The translations under genes were made by a program, and so were the position numbers. A stretch of DNA of 59,200 bases from Patescibacteria group bacterium (GTDB lineage Bacteria; Patescibacteriota; Minisyncoccia; Minisyncoccales; UBA5738): contig JAXDBQ010000020.1 in NCBI GenBank assembly GCA_034678605.1, positions 1 through 59,200 of the forward strand, written 5' to 3'. Below are positions 1 to 9,561 of this stretch, piece by piece; positions within the stretch are counted from its first letter, which is position 1, and every line of letters begins with the position of its first letter. The notes under the pieces are model-generated. The model was not told where the DNA came from and made no database searches. It saw nothing but the letters and a program-made list of their open reading frames with translations.

Positions 1-639
1 AAATTTTGCAAAATTTACGAGAATGATGCTTGTTTGCATTGGTCAACAACGATTTCTTGCCCCGCGGGCCAATCCTGCGCGAACGGCGTTTGTTTTCTTT
101 GTGTGCCTCAAACGATCTCGGGATGTAAAGTATGCAATCTTAACGGCGACGCGGGGGTTGATGATAATTCCAAGTGCGCCGCCAATCAAAAATGCTCGAA
201 CGGCGCTTGCACGAACACGACGCCCGCCTGCGCCAACGAATGCTCATCAACCGGCGCCAAGCAGTGTTCGGGCAACGGCATCCAAACCTGCGGCAACTAC
301 GATACCGATGTTTGCTTGGAATGGTCAACGGCCGTGGCTTGCGGCGCCAATCAAACCTGCCAAAATGGAAGTTGCGCCAACACCTGCAACGCAAATTCCT
401 ATAAAAGCTGTTATAACGGCGATGTCTACTGGTATGATTCCTGCGGCGCGCGCGGCGCGCTCTATGACGATTGCACCAGCCAAGAATCCTGCACCGCCCA
501 AGGAACCTGCTCGTCGGCAATCGTGACCAAAAAATCAAACGGCAGCGCCTGCACCTATAACTGGGAATGCGCCTCGGGGAATTGCGAACTGGATCCCTAT
601 CAATGGTGCTCCACAGATTGCTCGCGGCATTGCCGTTGA
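1..639 (+). CDS. Cys-rich repeat (surface/secreted) protein, 5'-truncated by window edge
   Basis: Frame is open from base 1 (KFCKIYENDACLHWSTTISCP...) to TGA at 637-639. Repeated modules (CVPQTISGCKVC...DDNSKCAANQKCSNGAC, CYNGDVYWYDSCG) match those in the ORFs at 30705-40533 and 58664-59200. Confidence 0.8.
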   Translation, partial: KFCKIYENDACLHWSTTISCPAGQSCANGVCFLCVPQTISGCKVCNLNGDAGVDDNSKCAANQKCSNGACTNTTPACANECSSTGAKQCSGNGIQTCGNYDTDVCLEWSTAVACGANQTCQNGSCANTCNANSYKSCYNGDVYWYDSCGARGALYDDCTSQESCTAQGTCSSAIVTKKSNGSACTYNWECASGNCELDPYQWCSTDCSRHCR

Positions 640-663
640 TCTATCCACAACTTTAAAGTCATG

Positions 664-695
664 AACAAACCCCGATTCGGGGGTTTTGTTTTTTT
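664..695 (+). terminator. Intrinsic terminator-like hairpin
   Basis: Imperfect GC stem (AACCCCGA-T-TCGGGGGTT) followed by a T-run, just after the Cys-rich gene. Confidence 0.65.
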
Positions 696-816
696 GCAAC
701 CGGACCGATTTCGTGTTTAAATGATTAAGCGATCGAACAATTGCGTTTTTTAATGTTTTCATTTTTTCGTGTTTATATGATTTAATGATTCGATGATTAT
801 ATGATTAAATGTTTAT

Positions 817-2121
817 ATGACTTATTTCCTTCAGGTTTTCGGATGCCAGATGAACCGGTCGGACAGCGAACGGATTGCCGCGTTGTTTGAATCGCTCGGC
901 CTGTCGCCGGCCGATAAAATGGAAAATGCCGATATCGCGGCAGTGGTGATGTGCTCGGTGCGCCAAATGGCCGCCGACCGGGTTTTTGGCTTGGAGCAAA
1001 AATTCAAGCAAATCAAAAAAAAGGGCTCAAAATTCAAAACAATTTTAACCGGATGCGTGGTGGAAAGCGACAAACCTCGCTTTACCAAGATTTTTGATCA
1101 TGTCCTTGATATAAAAACCTTAAACGATTGGCCGCGAATTTTAAATCTCGGCGCAAGTTTGCGGGGGTTAAACCCCCGCGACATTGCGAATAATGATTAT
1201 TTTCACATTTTACCAAAACAAAGTTCAAAATTCAGCGCGCTGGTGCCGATTTCCAAAGGTTGCGACAATTATTGCGCCTATTGCGTGGTTCCCTATACCC
1301 GCGGGCCGCTGGTTTCCCGGCCGGCAAAAGATATTTTGAATGAAGTTGAAACCGCGGTTAAAAACGGCGCTAAGGAAATCTGGCTGCTGGGGCAAAACGT
1401 GAACAATTACCACCACGGCAAAAACGATTTTGCCAAACTCTTGGCCGCTGTTAACGATATCGAAGGCGATTTTTGGATCCGCTTCACCTCGCCGCACCCA
1501 AAGGACTTTGACGATAAAACCGTTGAAACCATGGCCAAATGCGCAAAAGTCACGCCGTACCTCAATTTGCCCGTCCAAAGCGGCGATAATGCCGTTTTAA
1601 AGGCAATGAAGAGGCCGTACACCGTGGCCGCGTATAAAAAATTGGTAAAAAAAATCCGCCAAACATTTAAAAAATACCGCACGGGTTTGGAAAAACAAGT
1701 GGCCATCTCCACCGACGTGATCGTGGGTTTCCCGGGCGAAACCAAAGCGCAATTCCAAAACACCGCCAAAATATTCAAACTGGCAAAATACGACATGGCC
1801 TATATCGCTCAATATTCAAAACGCAGCGGCACGGCCGCGGCCAAATTGGACGATAATGTACCATCAACCGAAAAAAAACGCCGCGAAAACGCAATCAATG
1901 ATATTGTGAAAATCACGGCGATGAGCCATAATAAAAAATATGTCGGCAAAACCGCCGCGGTTTTGGTTGACATTGTTAAAGGTAAATTCGCTTTTGGAAA
2001 AACCCGAAGCTATAAAACCGTAAAATTCCCGATCGGCCGCGCCGCCATCAAGCCCGGCAATATTGTCAACGCCAAGATCATCACAGCAATGCCATTTGGC
2101 CTTGAAGGAGAGATGATTTAA
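817..2121 (+). CDS. miaB: tRNA-2-methylthio-N6-dimethylallyladenosine synthase (radical SAM methylthiotransferase)
   Basis: N-terminal FGCQMN and MCSVRQ motifs, CDNYCAYC radical-SAM motif, TDVIVGFPGET, C-terminal TRAM-like domain; adjacent to miaA. Confidence 0.92.
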   Translation: MTYFLQVFGCQMNRSDSERIAALFESLGLSPADKMENADIAAVVMCSVRQMAADRVFGLEQKFKQIKKKGSKFKTILTGCVVESDKPRFTKIFDHVLDIKTLNDWPRILNLGASLRGLNPRDIANNDYFHILPKQSSKFSALVPISKGCDNYCAYCVVPYTRGPLVSRPAKDILNEVETAVKNGAKEIWLLGQNVNNYHHGKNDFAKLLAAVNDIEGDFWIRFTSPHPKDFDDKTVETMAKCAKVTPYLNLPVQSGDNAVLKAMKRPYTVAAYKKLVKKIRQTFKKYRTGLEKQVAISTDVIVGFPGETKAQFQNTAKIFKLAKYDMAYIAQYSKRSGTAAAKLDDNVPSTEKKRRENAINDIVKITAMSHNKKYVGKTAAVLVDIVKGKFAFGKTRSYKTVKFPIGRAAIKPGNIVNAKIITAMPFGLEGEMI

Positions 2122-2196
2122 GATTTAAGATTTAAGATTTAAGATTTAAGATTTAAGATTTAAGATCATAAATCATATATCCTAAATCTTAAATCA
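2115..2196. repeat. Heptamer array (GATTTAA)x7 followed by a degenerate reverse-complement arm
   Basis: Seven perfect GATTTAA copies at 2115-2163, then AAATCAT/AAATCCT/AAATCTT-like units. The first copy supplies the miaB stop. Confidence 0.9.
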
Positions 2197-2220
2197 TGGC
2201 CAACAAAAAAAATCAAGTAA

Positions 2221-3135
2221 ATGGACAATAAACAAAAAAAGCAAAACGCTGACAAACTAATCGTGATCGTGGGCCCCAACGCTTCCGGCAAATCCGCGCT
2301 GGCGGTGGCCATTGCCAAAAAATTTCATGGCCAGGTGGTTTCGGCCGATTCGCGCCAGGTCTATAAAGGCATGAACATCGGCTCGGGCAAGATCACCAAA
2401 AAAGAAATGGCCGGCATTCCCCACTATCTTTTGGACGTGGCCAGCCCGCGCTCGGTGTTCACGGTCACGCGCTACCGCAAGCTGGCGCTGGCCGCGGTCA
2501 AAAAGATCCAGGGATCCGGCGGCGTGCCGATCATTTGCGGCGGCACCGGCTTTTACATCCAATCGGTGGTTGACGGCACCATCATTCCCGAAGTGAAGCC
2601 CGACTGGAAGCTGCGCCGCCAGCTGGAAAAGATTCCCGCCGGCAAACTTTTTGCCATGCTCAAAAAACTCGACCCGGACCGCGCCAAAACCATCGAAGCG
2701 CAAAATCCGCGCCGCCTCATCCGCGCCATCGAGATCGTCAAAACCACCAAAAAGCCGGTGCCGGAGCTAAAAAAACAACCCCTGCCCTACAAGATCCTGA
2801 TGATCGGCGTCAAAAAAAGCGACAAGGAATTAAAAAAACTCATCAAGATCCGCACCCAAAAACGGCTGGCCGCCGGCATGGTAAAAGAAATCCAAAAATT
2901 AAAAAATTCCGGATTATCCTGGAAAAAAATTGAAGATTTTGGCTTGGAATATCGCGCCGGCGCCCAATTTTTGCAAAAAAAGATCACCCGCCAACAGATG
3001 GTGGAAACCATCGAAAAAGAGGACTGGCAATACGCCAAGCGCCAAACCACCTGGTTTAACCGCGACAAACGCGTCCGCTGGATCAAAACTCCCGCCCAAG
3101 CCCTGAAACTAGCCAAAGATTACCTCTCTTCTTGA
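2221..3135 (+). CDS. miaA: tRNA dimethylallyltransferase
   Basis: IVGPNASGKS P-loop, SADSRQVYKGMNIGSGK, GGTGFY, YAKRQTTWF. Confidence 0.96.
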   Translation: MDNKQKKQNADKLIVIVGPNASGKSALAVAIAKKFHGQVVSADSRQVYKGMNIGSGKITKKEMAGIPHYLLDVASPRSVFTVTRYRKLALAAVKKIQGSGGVPIICGGTGFYIQSVVDGTIIPEVKPDWKLRRQLEKIPAGKLFAMLKKLDPDRAKTIEAQNPRRLIRAIEIVKTTKKPVPELKKQPLPYKILMIGVKKSDKELKKLIKIRTQKRLAAGMVKEIQKLKNSGLSWKKIEDFGLEYRAGAQFLQKKITRQQMVETIEKEDWQYAKRQTTWFNRDKRVRWIKTPAQALKLAKDYLSS

Positions 3136-3149
3136 TCTTTATACAAAAA

Positions 3150-3345
3150 AACCGCCACATTTGCCGGAAAAAAGAATTGGGTGAGGTGGTCGCACAATAG
3201 ATGTATGGAGTGCAACTATGAGCACGACCACCCCGCATTAAATAATCATAAAGAACTATAACTAAGAATAGAGAGCGACGTGTTAAAGGGGAAGGGGGTA
3301 TAAAGGGAGTAGCTCTTCAAAAGAGTACTCTTTCGTCGCTCTCAT
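3150..3345 (-). ncRNA. Candidate structured small RNA convergent with miaA
   Basis: Minus-strand TTGACA (3379-3374), 16 nt, TATCAT (3357-3352); 10-bp stem 3271-3280/3334-3343; 8-bp stem 3185-3192/3225-3232; U-run afterwards. No convincing ORF. Confidence 0.35.
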
Positions 3346-3433
3346 AAGTTTATGATACACGTTTCTATAATTTTGTCAAGACCTTGACAAAACCAAAAAA
3401 CCGGCCGATCAAAACCGCCGGTTTTTGCATTTC

Positions 3434-3472
3434 GGGGTCTATCCCCCGCGTACTCGCGGGCGGTTAGACCCC
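3434..3472. repeat. REP-like palindrome (GGGGTCTA...TAGACCCC family)
   Basis: GGGGTCTATCCCCCGCG-TACT-CGCGGGCGGTTAGACCCC; related copies at 27441, 46132, 46048 and 11922. Confidence 0.75.
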
Positions 3473-3511
3473 TTCAACAGCATTTGAATTTTGAATTTAA
3501 TTTCAGCAGGA

Positions 3512-5017
3512 TTACCCCAACTTGTCCAGCAAGATCTTTTTTAAAACGTCGGGGTTGGCCCGGCCTTGGGTGGCGGCCAGAGTTTGGCCCACCAAGAACT
3601 GGAACGCGTTTTGCTTGCCCGCGGCATAATCGGCCGCGGCTTTTGGGTTTTTGGCCAAAACCTCGTCGATGATCTTGCCGATCTTGCCTTCGTCATGGAT
3701 CTGGCTCAATCCCTTTTGTTCGATGATCTCGGTGGGGTCGCCGCCGTTTTGCACTAATTCCGGCAACACCGCCTTGGCGATCTTGGACGAGATTTCTTTT
3801 TTATAGATAAGGTTGATGAATTCGGCAAAATTTTCCGGCGTGGCCTTGAAATTGGCCTCGCAAAATTCCGCGCCTTTCAAGATCCCGGGCACGTCGGTAG
3901 TCAGATAATTGGCGCAAAGTCGCGCCATTGAATGGCATTGGTCATCGCTGTTGCTGCAATCGCCTTCTTCCACATTGGCCCATTCCTCCAATTCGCTCAT
4001 GACCTTCTCGTAAAAATTGCCCAACTCGCGGTTAGCCACAAAAATCTCCACCGTCGCCAAATCCAACCCATAGTCAAGGATAAACCGGTTTCTTTTTTTG
4101 GCCGGCAACTCGCCGATATGACGCCGCAACCGCTCGATCTCGTCTTTGGAAATAACCAACGGCGGAATGTCGGGCTCGGGAAAATAGCGGTAATCGAACG
4201 CCTCTTCTTTTTCGCGCTGGGAAAATGTTTGGTTTTGAAACTCGTTCCAACCGCGCGTTTCCTGAATCACCTTTTGGCCGCCTTTAAGCAATTCAATCTG
4301 GCGGCCGATCTCATAGGCAACGCTGCCTTCCACCGCTCGCAATGAATTTAAATTCTTAATTTCCACTTTGGTGCCAAGTTTCTTTTTTTTGTCGGCGCCC
4401 ATCGTGGCCATGCTGATGTTCACTTCCACGCGCAGTTTGCCTTTTTCCATGTCCGCATCCGAGGCGCCCAAATAACGCAAAATCAATTGCAATTCTTTCA
4501 CGAATTCCCGCGCTTGGCCGGCGTTTTCGATGTCGGGCTCGGTCACCAATTCCATCAGCGGCACGCCGCCGCGGTTGAAATCAACCAACGAACTGTCGCC
4601 GCCTTCCGGATGCGCCAGCCGGCCGGTGTCCTCTTCCAAATGGACCCGGGTAATGCCGATCAATTTTTTCCCGCCCTCGCTATCGGCGTCCTTCACCTGC
4701 ATGCCTCCGCCCAAGCACAGCGGCTGATCATATTGCGAAATTTGATAACCCTTGGGCAGATCGGGATAAAAATAATTTTTGCGGTCGAATTTGGAATGCT
4801 CCAACACTTTGGAACCCAGCGCCAAACCCACCAACCGCGTCAAACGGATGGCTTCGGCATTGGCCACGGGCAACGATCCCGGATGCCCCAAACACACCGG
4901 GCAAATATTGGTGTTCGGCTCTTTATCGTCGGGCCGGTTGGGACAGGCGCAAAACATTTTCGATTCGGTTTTCAATTCCGCGTGAATCTCGAGTCCAATC
5001 GTTGGTATATAGTTCAT
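3512..5017 (-). CDS. gatB: Asp-tRNA(Asn)/Glu-tRNA(Gln) amidotransferase subunit B
   Basis: IGLEIHAEL, FDRKNYFYPDLPKGYQISQ, RVHLEEDTG, DFNRGGVPLMELVTEPD, KVEIKNLNS, YRYFPEPD. Confidence 0.98.
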   Translation of the reverse strand: MNYIPTIGLEIHAELKTESKMFCACPNRPDDKEPNTNICPVCLGHPGSLPVANAEAIRLTRLVGLALGSKVLEHSKFDRKNYFYPDLPKGYQISQYDQPLCLGGGMQVKDADSEGGKKLIGITRVHLEEDTGRLAHPEGGDSSLVDFNRGGVPLMELVTEPDIENAGQAREFVKELQLILRYLGASDADMEKGKLRVEVNISMATMGADKKKKLGTKVEIKNLNSLRAVEGSVAYEIGRQIELLKGGQKVIQETRGWNEFQNQTFSQREKEEAFDYRYFPEPDIPPLVISKDEIERLRRHIGELPAKKRNRFILDYGLDLATVEIFVANRELGNFYEKVMSELEEWANVEEGDCSNSDDQCHSMARLCANYLTTDVPGILKGAEFCEANFKATPENFAEFINLIYKKEISSKIAKAVLPELVQNGGDPTEIIEQKGLSQIHDEGKIGKIIDEVLAKNPKAAADYAAGKQNAFQFLVGQTLAATQGRANPDVLKKILLDKLG

Positions 5018-5162
5018 AAATTAATGTAAAAACTAAGAACCCATAACCAAAAACTTTAACTAAAATCCCCAAACTGTCGCTCAAAATACCAGCTTGGTTT
5101 TTAGTATTTTTAGTTTTTAGATATTAGATGAAGTTTTGGGTTTTGAGATATTACATTTTACA

Positions 5163-5849
5163 TTACGCATTTTTGGCAATTAAAACGCCGTTGGACGTGC
5201 CGATGATGTCGGCGCCGGCGCGAACATAGGCGCGGGCTTCTTTGGCGGTCTTCACGTTGCCCGAGGCCTTGATGAGCAATCCGGGCGCGTTTTTGCGCAT
5301 GATTTCCAAATGCCAGGCCTTTTCCTTTATCTCGCGCTCTTCCAGCGGATCTTTGCTGGTGGCGGTTTTCACGCAAATCGCCCCGGCTTGCTTGACCAGG
5401 CGCGACACCATGGCAATTTCCTTGTCGGTGAGATAGCCCGACCCGATGATCGCTTTCACAGGCAAAATTTTGCAAATCTCAGCCAAGTCCTTGTAAACAT
5501 CCTCCCAGCGCTCGTGCTTGATGTCGCACAACGACGCCACCACGTCCAGCTCGTCGGCGCCATTGTTTTTGGCCGTGAGGCAGATCTGCATCCTTTCCTC
5601 GTGCGAGCTGTCGCCGATGGGCGCGTCCACCAGGCAAATCACTTTGGCCGGAAAATCCCTCAATTCATGCTTGGCCGCCTCCACCCACTGGGGATTCACG
5701 CAAATTCCCCGGAAACCGTATTGTTTGACTTCGGCGCAGGTTTTTTTGATATTCAGCAAATTGGCCTTGGGATCGATATTTGTCTGGTCGATTCGCAACG
5801 CGATCGGCAAACTTTTAACCGCGGTTTTTTTAGTTTGTTTGGTCGCCAT
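5163..5849 (-). CDS. deoC: Deoxyribose-phosphate aldolase
   Basis: IDQTN, GADELDVV, VKTAT Schiff-base Lys region, IKASGNVK and GADIIGTS match class I DERA. Confidence 0.85.
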   Translation of the reverse strand: MATKQTKKTAVKSLPIALRIDQTNIDPKANLLNIKKTCAEVKQYGFRGICVNPQWVEAAKHELRDFPAKVICLVDAPIGDSSHEERMQICLTAKNNGADELDVVASLCDIKHERWEDVYKDLAEICKILPVKAIIGSGYLTDKEIAMVSRLVKQAGAICVKTATSKDPLEEREIKEKAWHLEIMRKNAPGLLIKASGNVKTAKEARAYVRAGADIIGTSNGVLIAKNA

Positions 5850-5956
5850 AAAAAATGTAAAGTTTAAAAATCAAAATGGAAAATGACAATGCAAAATTGA
5901 AAAATGTCCGCATCGCGACACTTTACATTTTTAATTGTCATTTTTATTTTTGATTT

Positions 5957-6589
5957 TTACACTTTTAATTTTGAGAGAATATCCTCGAAAACCGCTTCTT
6001 TGTCTCGGTTGCCGTCGATCACCGCGATTTCCATCCGCTCCTTGGCCGCGGCAATGGCCTTTTGATAATTATGCGCCACTTTTCGCAAAATATCAACCTT
6101 TTCGAAAAGCTCGATGGATTTGCCGTTGGCCGCGATCCGGCGGGCGCAAACCTGCGGCGGCACATCAAGATAGATGGTGAGGTCCGGCGCCAAAAATCGC
6201 GCGTTCACTTCCGCGAGCCAATCCATATCGCAATCAACCGCGCCATAGGCCAACGACGATAAAAAATAGCGGTCGCCCACCACCATGATGCCGCTTTCAA
6301 GCGCCGGCAAAATTTCTTTTGCCAGATGGTCGGCGCGGTCCGCGGCAAACAGCAACTGCAACGCGTCCGGACCGCAGCCCCACTCGCCCGTCAATCTTTT
6401 CCGCAACAACTTGCCGATCGGAAACCCGCTGGGCTCGGAAACCGCCAGTGTTTTTTTACCGGTTTTTTCGAAATAATCCAATATCAGCGGCACCTGCGTT
6501 GACTTACCCGCGCCATCCAACCCCTCCAACACGATGAATTTCCCCGAATAGTTCATTTTAATTTTTTGAATCACGAATCGTTGCGGCAA
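5957..6589 (-). CDS. tmk: Thymidylate kinase
   Basis: FIVLEGLDGAGKSTQ, LLFAADRADH, DRYFLSSLAYG, PDLTIYLDV. Likely start at MNYSGKF. Confidence 0.95.
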   Translation of the reverse strand: MPQRFVIQKIKMNYSGKFIVLEGLDGAGKSTQVPLILDYFEKTGKKTLAVSEPSGFPIGKLLRKRLTGEWGCGPDALQLLFAADRADHLAKEILPALESGIMVVGDRYFLSSLAYGAVDCDMDWLAEVNARFLAPDLTIYLDVPPQVCARRIAANGKSIELFEKVDILRKVAHNYQKAIAAAKERMEIAVIDGNRDKEAVFEDILSKLKV

Positions 6590-6599
6590 ATTTTTTGTG

Positions 6600-6657
6600 A
6601 AGCATTGCGGCCGCGGCCGGCGGCCGCACCGAGCAAATTTTTAGCAAAAAATTTGCG
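6600..6657. repeat. GC-rich intergenic palindrome
   Basis: TGCGGCCGC-GGCCG-GCGGCCGCA followed by GCAAATTTTT-AGCA-AAAAATTTGC, between thyX and tmk. Confidence 0.55.
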
Positions 6658-6715
6658 TCTTCACAAAAACATTTGCCACATAAGATCCTACTGGCGCCAT
6701 AATTTTAATACCGCG

Positions 6716-8320
6716 CTAGTTGGCCAATGATTTCAAATTTTCTTGGAACTTGGCTTCCAAATCGGCATGAATATCCTTATGCTGTACGTCGTCATAATCT
6801 TTGTTCAGCGATTTGACCATGCCGCAAGTTTCTTTTTCCAAACAAAAGCCAACGCAATGGCACTTTGGGACAATGTGGCGTCCTAGCCAATCCAATCCCT
6901 TTTCCTGCAACAAATTTTTGATCGCGGTCACTTCTTTGATGCTGGAACGGCGCAATTCTTCTTCGGCCGTGGAGCAGATCCGCAATGGATAATAACCGGC
7001 GATCAAATTGTATAAATTGTAATCCTGCGCCATATCTAATTTTAAACCGCGCGGCACTACAAAGATCGCGTCTCGTTCTTTGATCCCCATTTCCACTAAT
7101 TTCGCGTAAGTTTCCAGCGAATCAAGTGCGCGCTCAAGATATTCATGCAAGAATTCCCGGTCCGCGGCGATCGCGGGCGGCACCGAGAAAACCGCATCGA
7201 TCTCGTCAACCGCCGCGTGATTTAATTTTTTCTCGGCAATCCGCTTCTTATGCCTTGCCAAAACTTCCCGCGCCCGCGCCGCGCTCCAATAAACCGAATC
7301 CACGACCATCGACACGGTGCGATGGCGCTTTTTATCGCCCCAAACGCGCCAGGCCGACGACGAAAATATCTTGATGTTGGCCGCGGTCAAGTAGTCGCGG
7401 GCGATCTGCTGGCGCGCTTCCAGCAATTTTGGCCATTTTTCTCGCAAATCCAATCCACTTTGAACCGCTTGACCGATCTTTTGCTCCAAATCGCGCAATC
7501 GCTTTTTTAATCCCTCTGTGACCAAAAAATCCGCGGAAATAATCTTGAAATTATCGCCCGATTTAACCGTGGGCGCCAATTCACGCGCCAAATTAGTTTG
7601 GCACGGATCCTTGAAAATATTGGGATAGGGGTAATTATTGCGGGGCGCCGCCAGGCGCGTGGCATAAAGCAGATCCACGCCGCAATCGCGCAAATTATTT
7701 TCGATAGTTGAGATCAGAATTCCCACATCCTCGGGCATCCATTCTTTTTGCGCCTCATATTCGCGTTTTAAAGTCACCAACGATTCAACCGAAAACTGAA
7801 TTATGCCGGTGCCATAGATTCCATATTGCAACACCTTGCTGGCCTCGTCCTTGCCCACGCCGTTGGCCAGCAAATGATTCAAGACCTCGATATTGCGTTC
7901 CGATGTTTTGCGGTAGAGCGCCAAAGAATCGGGCATGGCCGCGATCCCCTCGGGCGCCACAATGTCATCGGCGGTGGTGTCGGTGCGCCGGCCCGAAGCC
8001 ATGATCGCCGACGCGAACACGATTCCGGTGAGCGCCGAATCGATGAATTTGCTGGCCTCATAGGAAAACGAGAATGCCGGAGTGGTGGCCATCGACGCGT
8101 GGCCCTTGAGCGATGATTGGCGCAAGATCGCCGCCACTTTTTTATCCAAATCCTTGCCGCTGTCCCGCAGTTCGCGCAAAATCTCGTCCACCGATTTGCC
8201 GCTATAGGTGAGCAAACCCGAAAGCGCCACCAATTGCTGGGGCGAAATTGTGCCGGTGTCATCAACCCATTCCGGCGTGATTCCCAAAAATTTAACCTTA
8301 ATATCCTTGGTCGAAAACAT
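6716..8320 (-). CDS. thyX: FAD-dependent thymidylate synthase, tandem two-domain form
   Basis: GHAS motif, RHRT motif, LRICSTAEEELR (cf. LRxxxxAQxEIR). About twice the usual ThyX length; flanked by dcd and tmk. Confidence 0.8.
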   Translation of the reverse strand: MFSTKDIKVKFLGITPEWVDDTGTISPQQLVALSGLLTYSGKSVDEILRELRDSGKDLDKKVAAILRQSSLKGHASMATTPAFSFSYEASKFIDSALTGIVFASAIMASGRRTDTTADDIVAPEGIAAMPDSLALYRKTSERNIEVLNHLLANGVGKDEASKVLQYGIYGTGIIQFSVESLVTLKREYEAQKEWMPEDVGILISTIENNLRDCGVDLLYATRLAAPRNNYPYPNIFKDPCQTNLARELAPTVKSGDNFKIISADFLVTEGLKKRLRDLEQKIGQAVQSGLDLREKWPKLLEARQQIARDYLTAANIKIFSSSAWRVWGDKKRHRTVSMVVDSVYWSAARAREVLARHKKRIAEKKLNHAAVDEIDAVFSVPPAIAADREFLHEYLERALDSLETYAKLVEMGIKERDAIFVVPRGLKLDMAQDYNLYNLIAGYYPLRICSTAEEELRRSSIKEVTAIKNLLQEKGLDWLGRHIVPKCHCVGFCLEKETCGMVKSLNKDYDDVQHKDIHADLEAKFQENLKSLAN

Positions 8321-8439
8321 CTTCCAATTTAAAAACTGAAAATTAAAAAGTAAAAACGAAAATTAAAAATTGCAAATTTTAATTTTAATAATTTTTAATT
8401 TTAGATTGTCGTTTTTAATTCTTAAATTTTAATTTTTAA

Positions 8440-9009
8440 TTATTTGGGTTCTTCCGTAATTTTACTCGCCACCGCGCCCGACTGGCCGGCGTATTTGTGG
8501 TCTTTTTGCTGCAAATAAGGCACTCCCGCGGGCGACGACAGCGTTTCAAAGGTCATGGCCGCGATTCGCATTCCCGCGTAGAGAATTATCGGCCGGATTC
8601 CCAGATTGCCAAATTCCATCACCGCTTTGCCGGTCCAGCCCGGGTCAAACCGCGCGGCCGTGGAATGCACCACCAACCCCAAGCGCGCCAAAGACGACCG
8701 GCCGTCGAGCCGTCCCATCAAGTCCGGGGTGAGGGTGATGGTTTCCTTGGTCACCGCGATCACGAATTCCCGCGGTTGGATGATAAACGGCATGCCGTCG
8801 GCCACGGTGACTTCTTCCATCAACTCGCCGTTGTAATTGTTCTTCACATCAATGAAATTGTAGTTCGAGGGCCGAAACATCTTGAAATCATTGCCCAGCC
8901 GCAGATCCAAAGAACACGGCCCCAGCATGGTGCCAAAATCCGGCGCCGGCTCGATCTTAATTTTTCCCTCGGCCATGTAGCGCCGAATATCGGTATCGGA
9001 TAGAATCAT
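8440..9009 (-). CDS. dcd: dCTP deaminase
   Basis: MILSDTDI, PCSLDLRLG, GRSSLARLGLVVHSTAARFDPGWTG, EFGNLG. Confidence 0.95.
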   Translation of the reverse strand: MILSDTDIRRYMAEGKIKIEPAPDFGTMLGPCSLDLRLGNDFKMFRPSNYNFIDVKNNYNGELMEEVTVADGMPFIIQPREFVIAVTKETITLTPDLMGRLDGRSSLARLGLVVHSTAARFDPGWTGKAVMEFGNLGIRPIILYAGMRIAAMTFETLSSPAGVPYLQQKDHKYAGQSGAVASKITEEPK

Positions 9010-9245
9010 GAATTTATCTAAAATGTCAAATCCAATATCTCAAAACCATATGTTAAAACCCAATAACTAATTATCTTTAAAATACAATTTTAATTTTTCG
9101 ATTTTTCAGATAAGCAGATATATGGTTATAAGTTATAGTTTTGACATTTGGGATTTTAGTTTTGACATGTATTCTGATTATACCCTTTTCCCCCATCCCT
9201 TGCCACCCCTTGACAAATCCGCCAAAAATTTATATTAAATAACCG

Positions 9246-9497
9246 GTGATTGAATTGGCATCATTTCTTATTAGACAAGGCAACTTTAAAACCGATATGG
9301 ACTTAAATAGACAAGATTTAGAAACGTTATTCAGGGCATGCTTCCCCGATAAAAACCTGCCGCTCAACATAATAACAAAGCAAATGGATAAATGGAATTT
9401 TGCTTTCTTAGATATAACGACACAAATGGCGGTCGGAATTGTTACTTTGACGGATGAAGAAGCGGAAGCTTTCCAGCCTCCCACAACTAATCAATGA
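9246..9497 (+). CDS. Hypothetical 83-aa protein with its own promoter and terminator
   Basis: TTGACA at 9210 with an AT-rich -10 region, GTG start, and hairpin AAAGCCCCG...CGGGGCTTT at about 9522-9557. Confidence 0.55.
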   Translation: MIELASFLIRQGNFKTDMDLNRQDLETLFRACFPDKNLPLNIITKQMDKWNFAFLDITTQMAVGIVTLTDEEAEAFQPPTTNQ

Positions 9498-9561
9498 CCC
9501 CAAAATGGTCTTTTTTTATTCAAAAGCCCCGCGCGCCATTCGGCGCACGGGGCTTTAGGTT

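Noticed and set aside
535-762. 75-aa minus-strand ORF overlapping the first gene's 3' end
   Set aside because: It runs through a terminator hairpin and antisense to a real CDS, with no motif support.
2115-2163. Tandem repeats as a possible CRISPR array
   Set aside because: These are 7-nt units with no unique spacers, and no cas genes are in the window. The same applies to 18595 and 48044.
4487-5029. Numerous 60-230-aa ORFs antisense to or overlapping core genes (e.g. 4487-5029, 16657-17379, 20105-20770, 21018-21716)
   Set aside because: They are shadow ORFs of GC-rich coding strands with no recognisable motifs.
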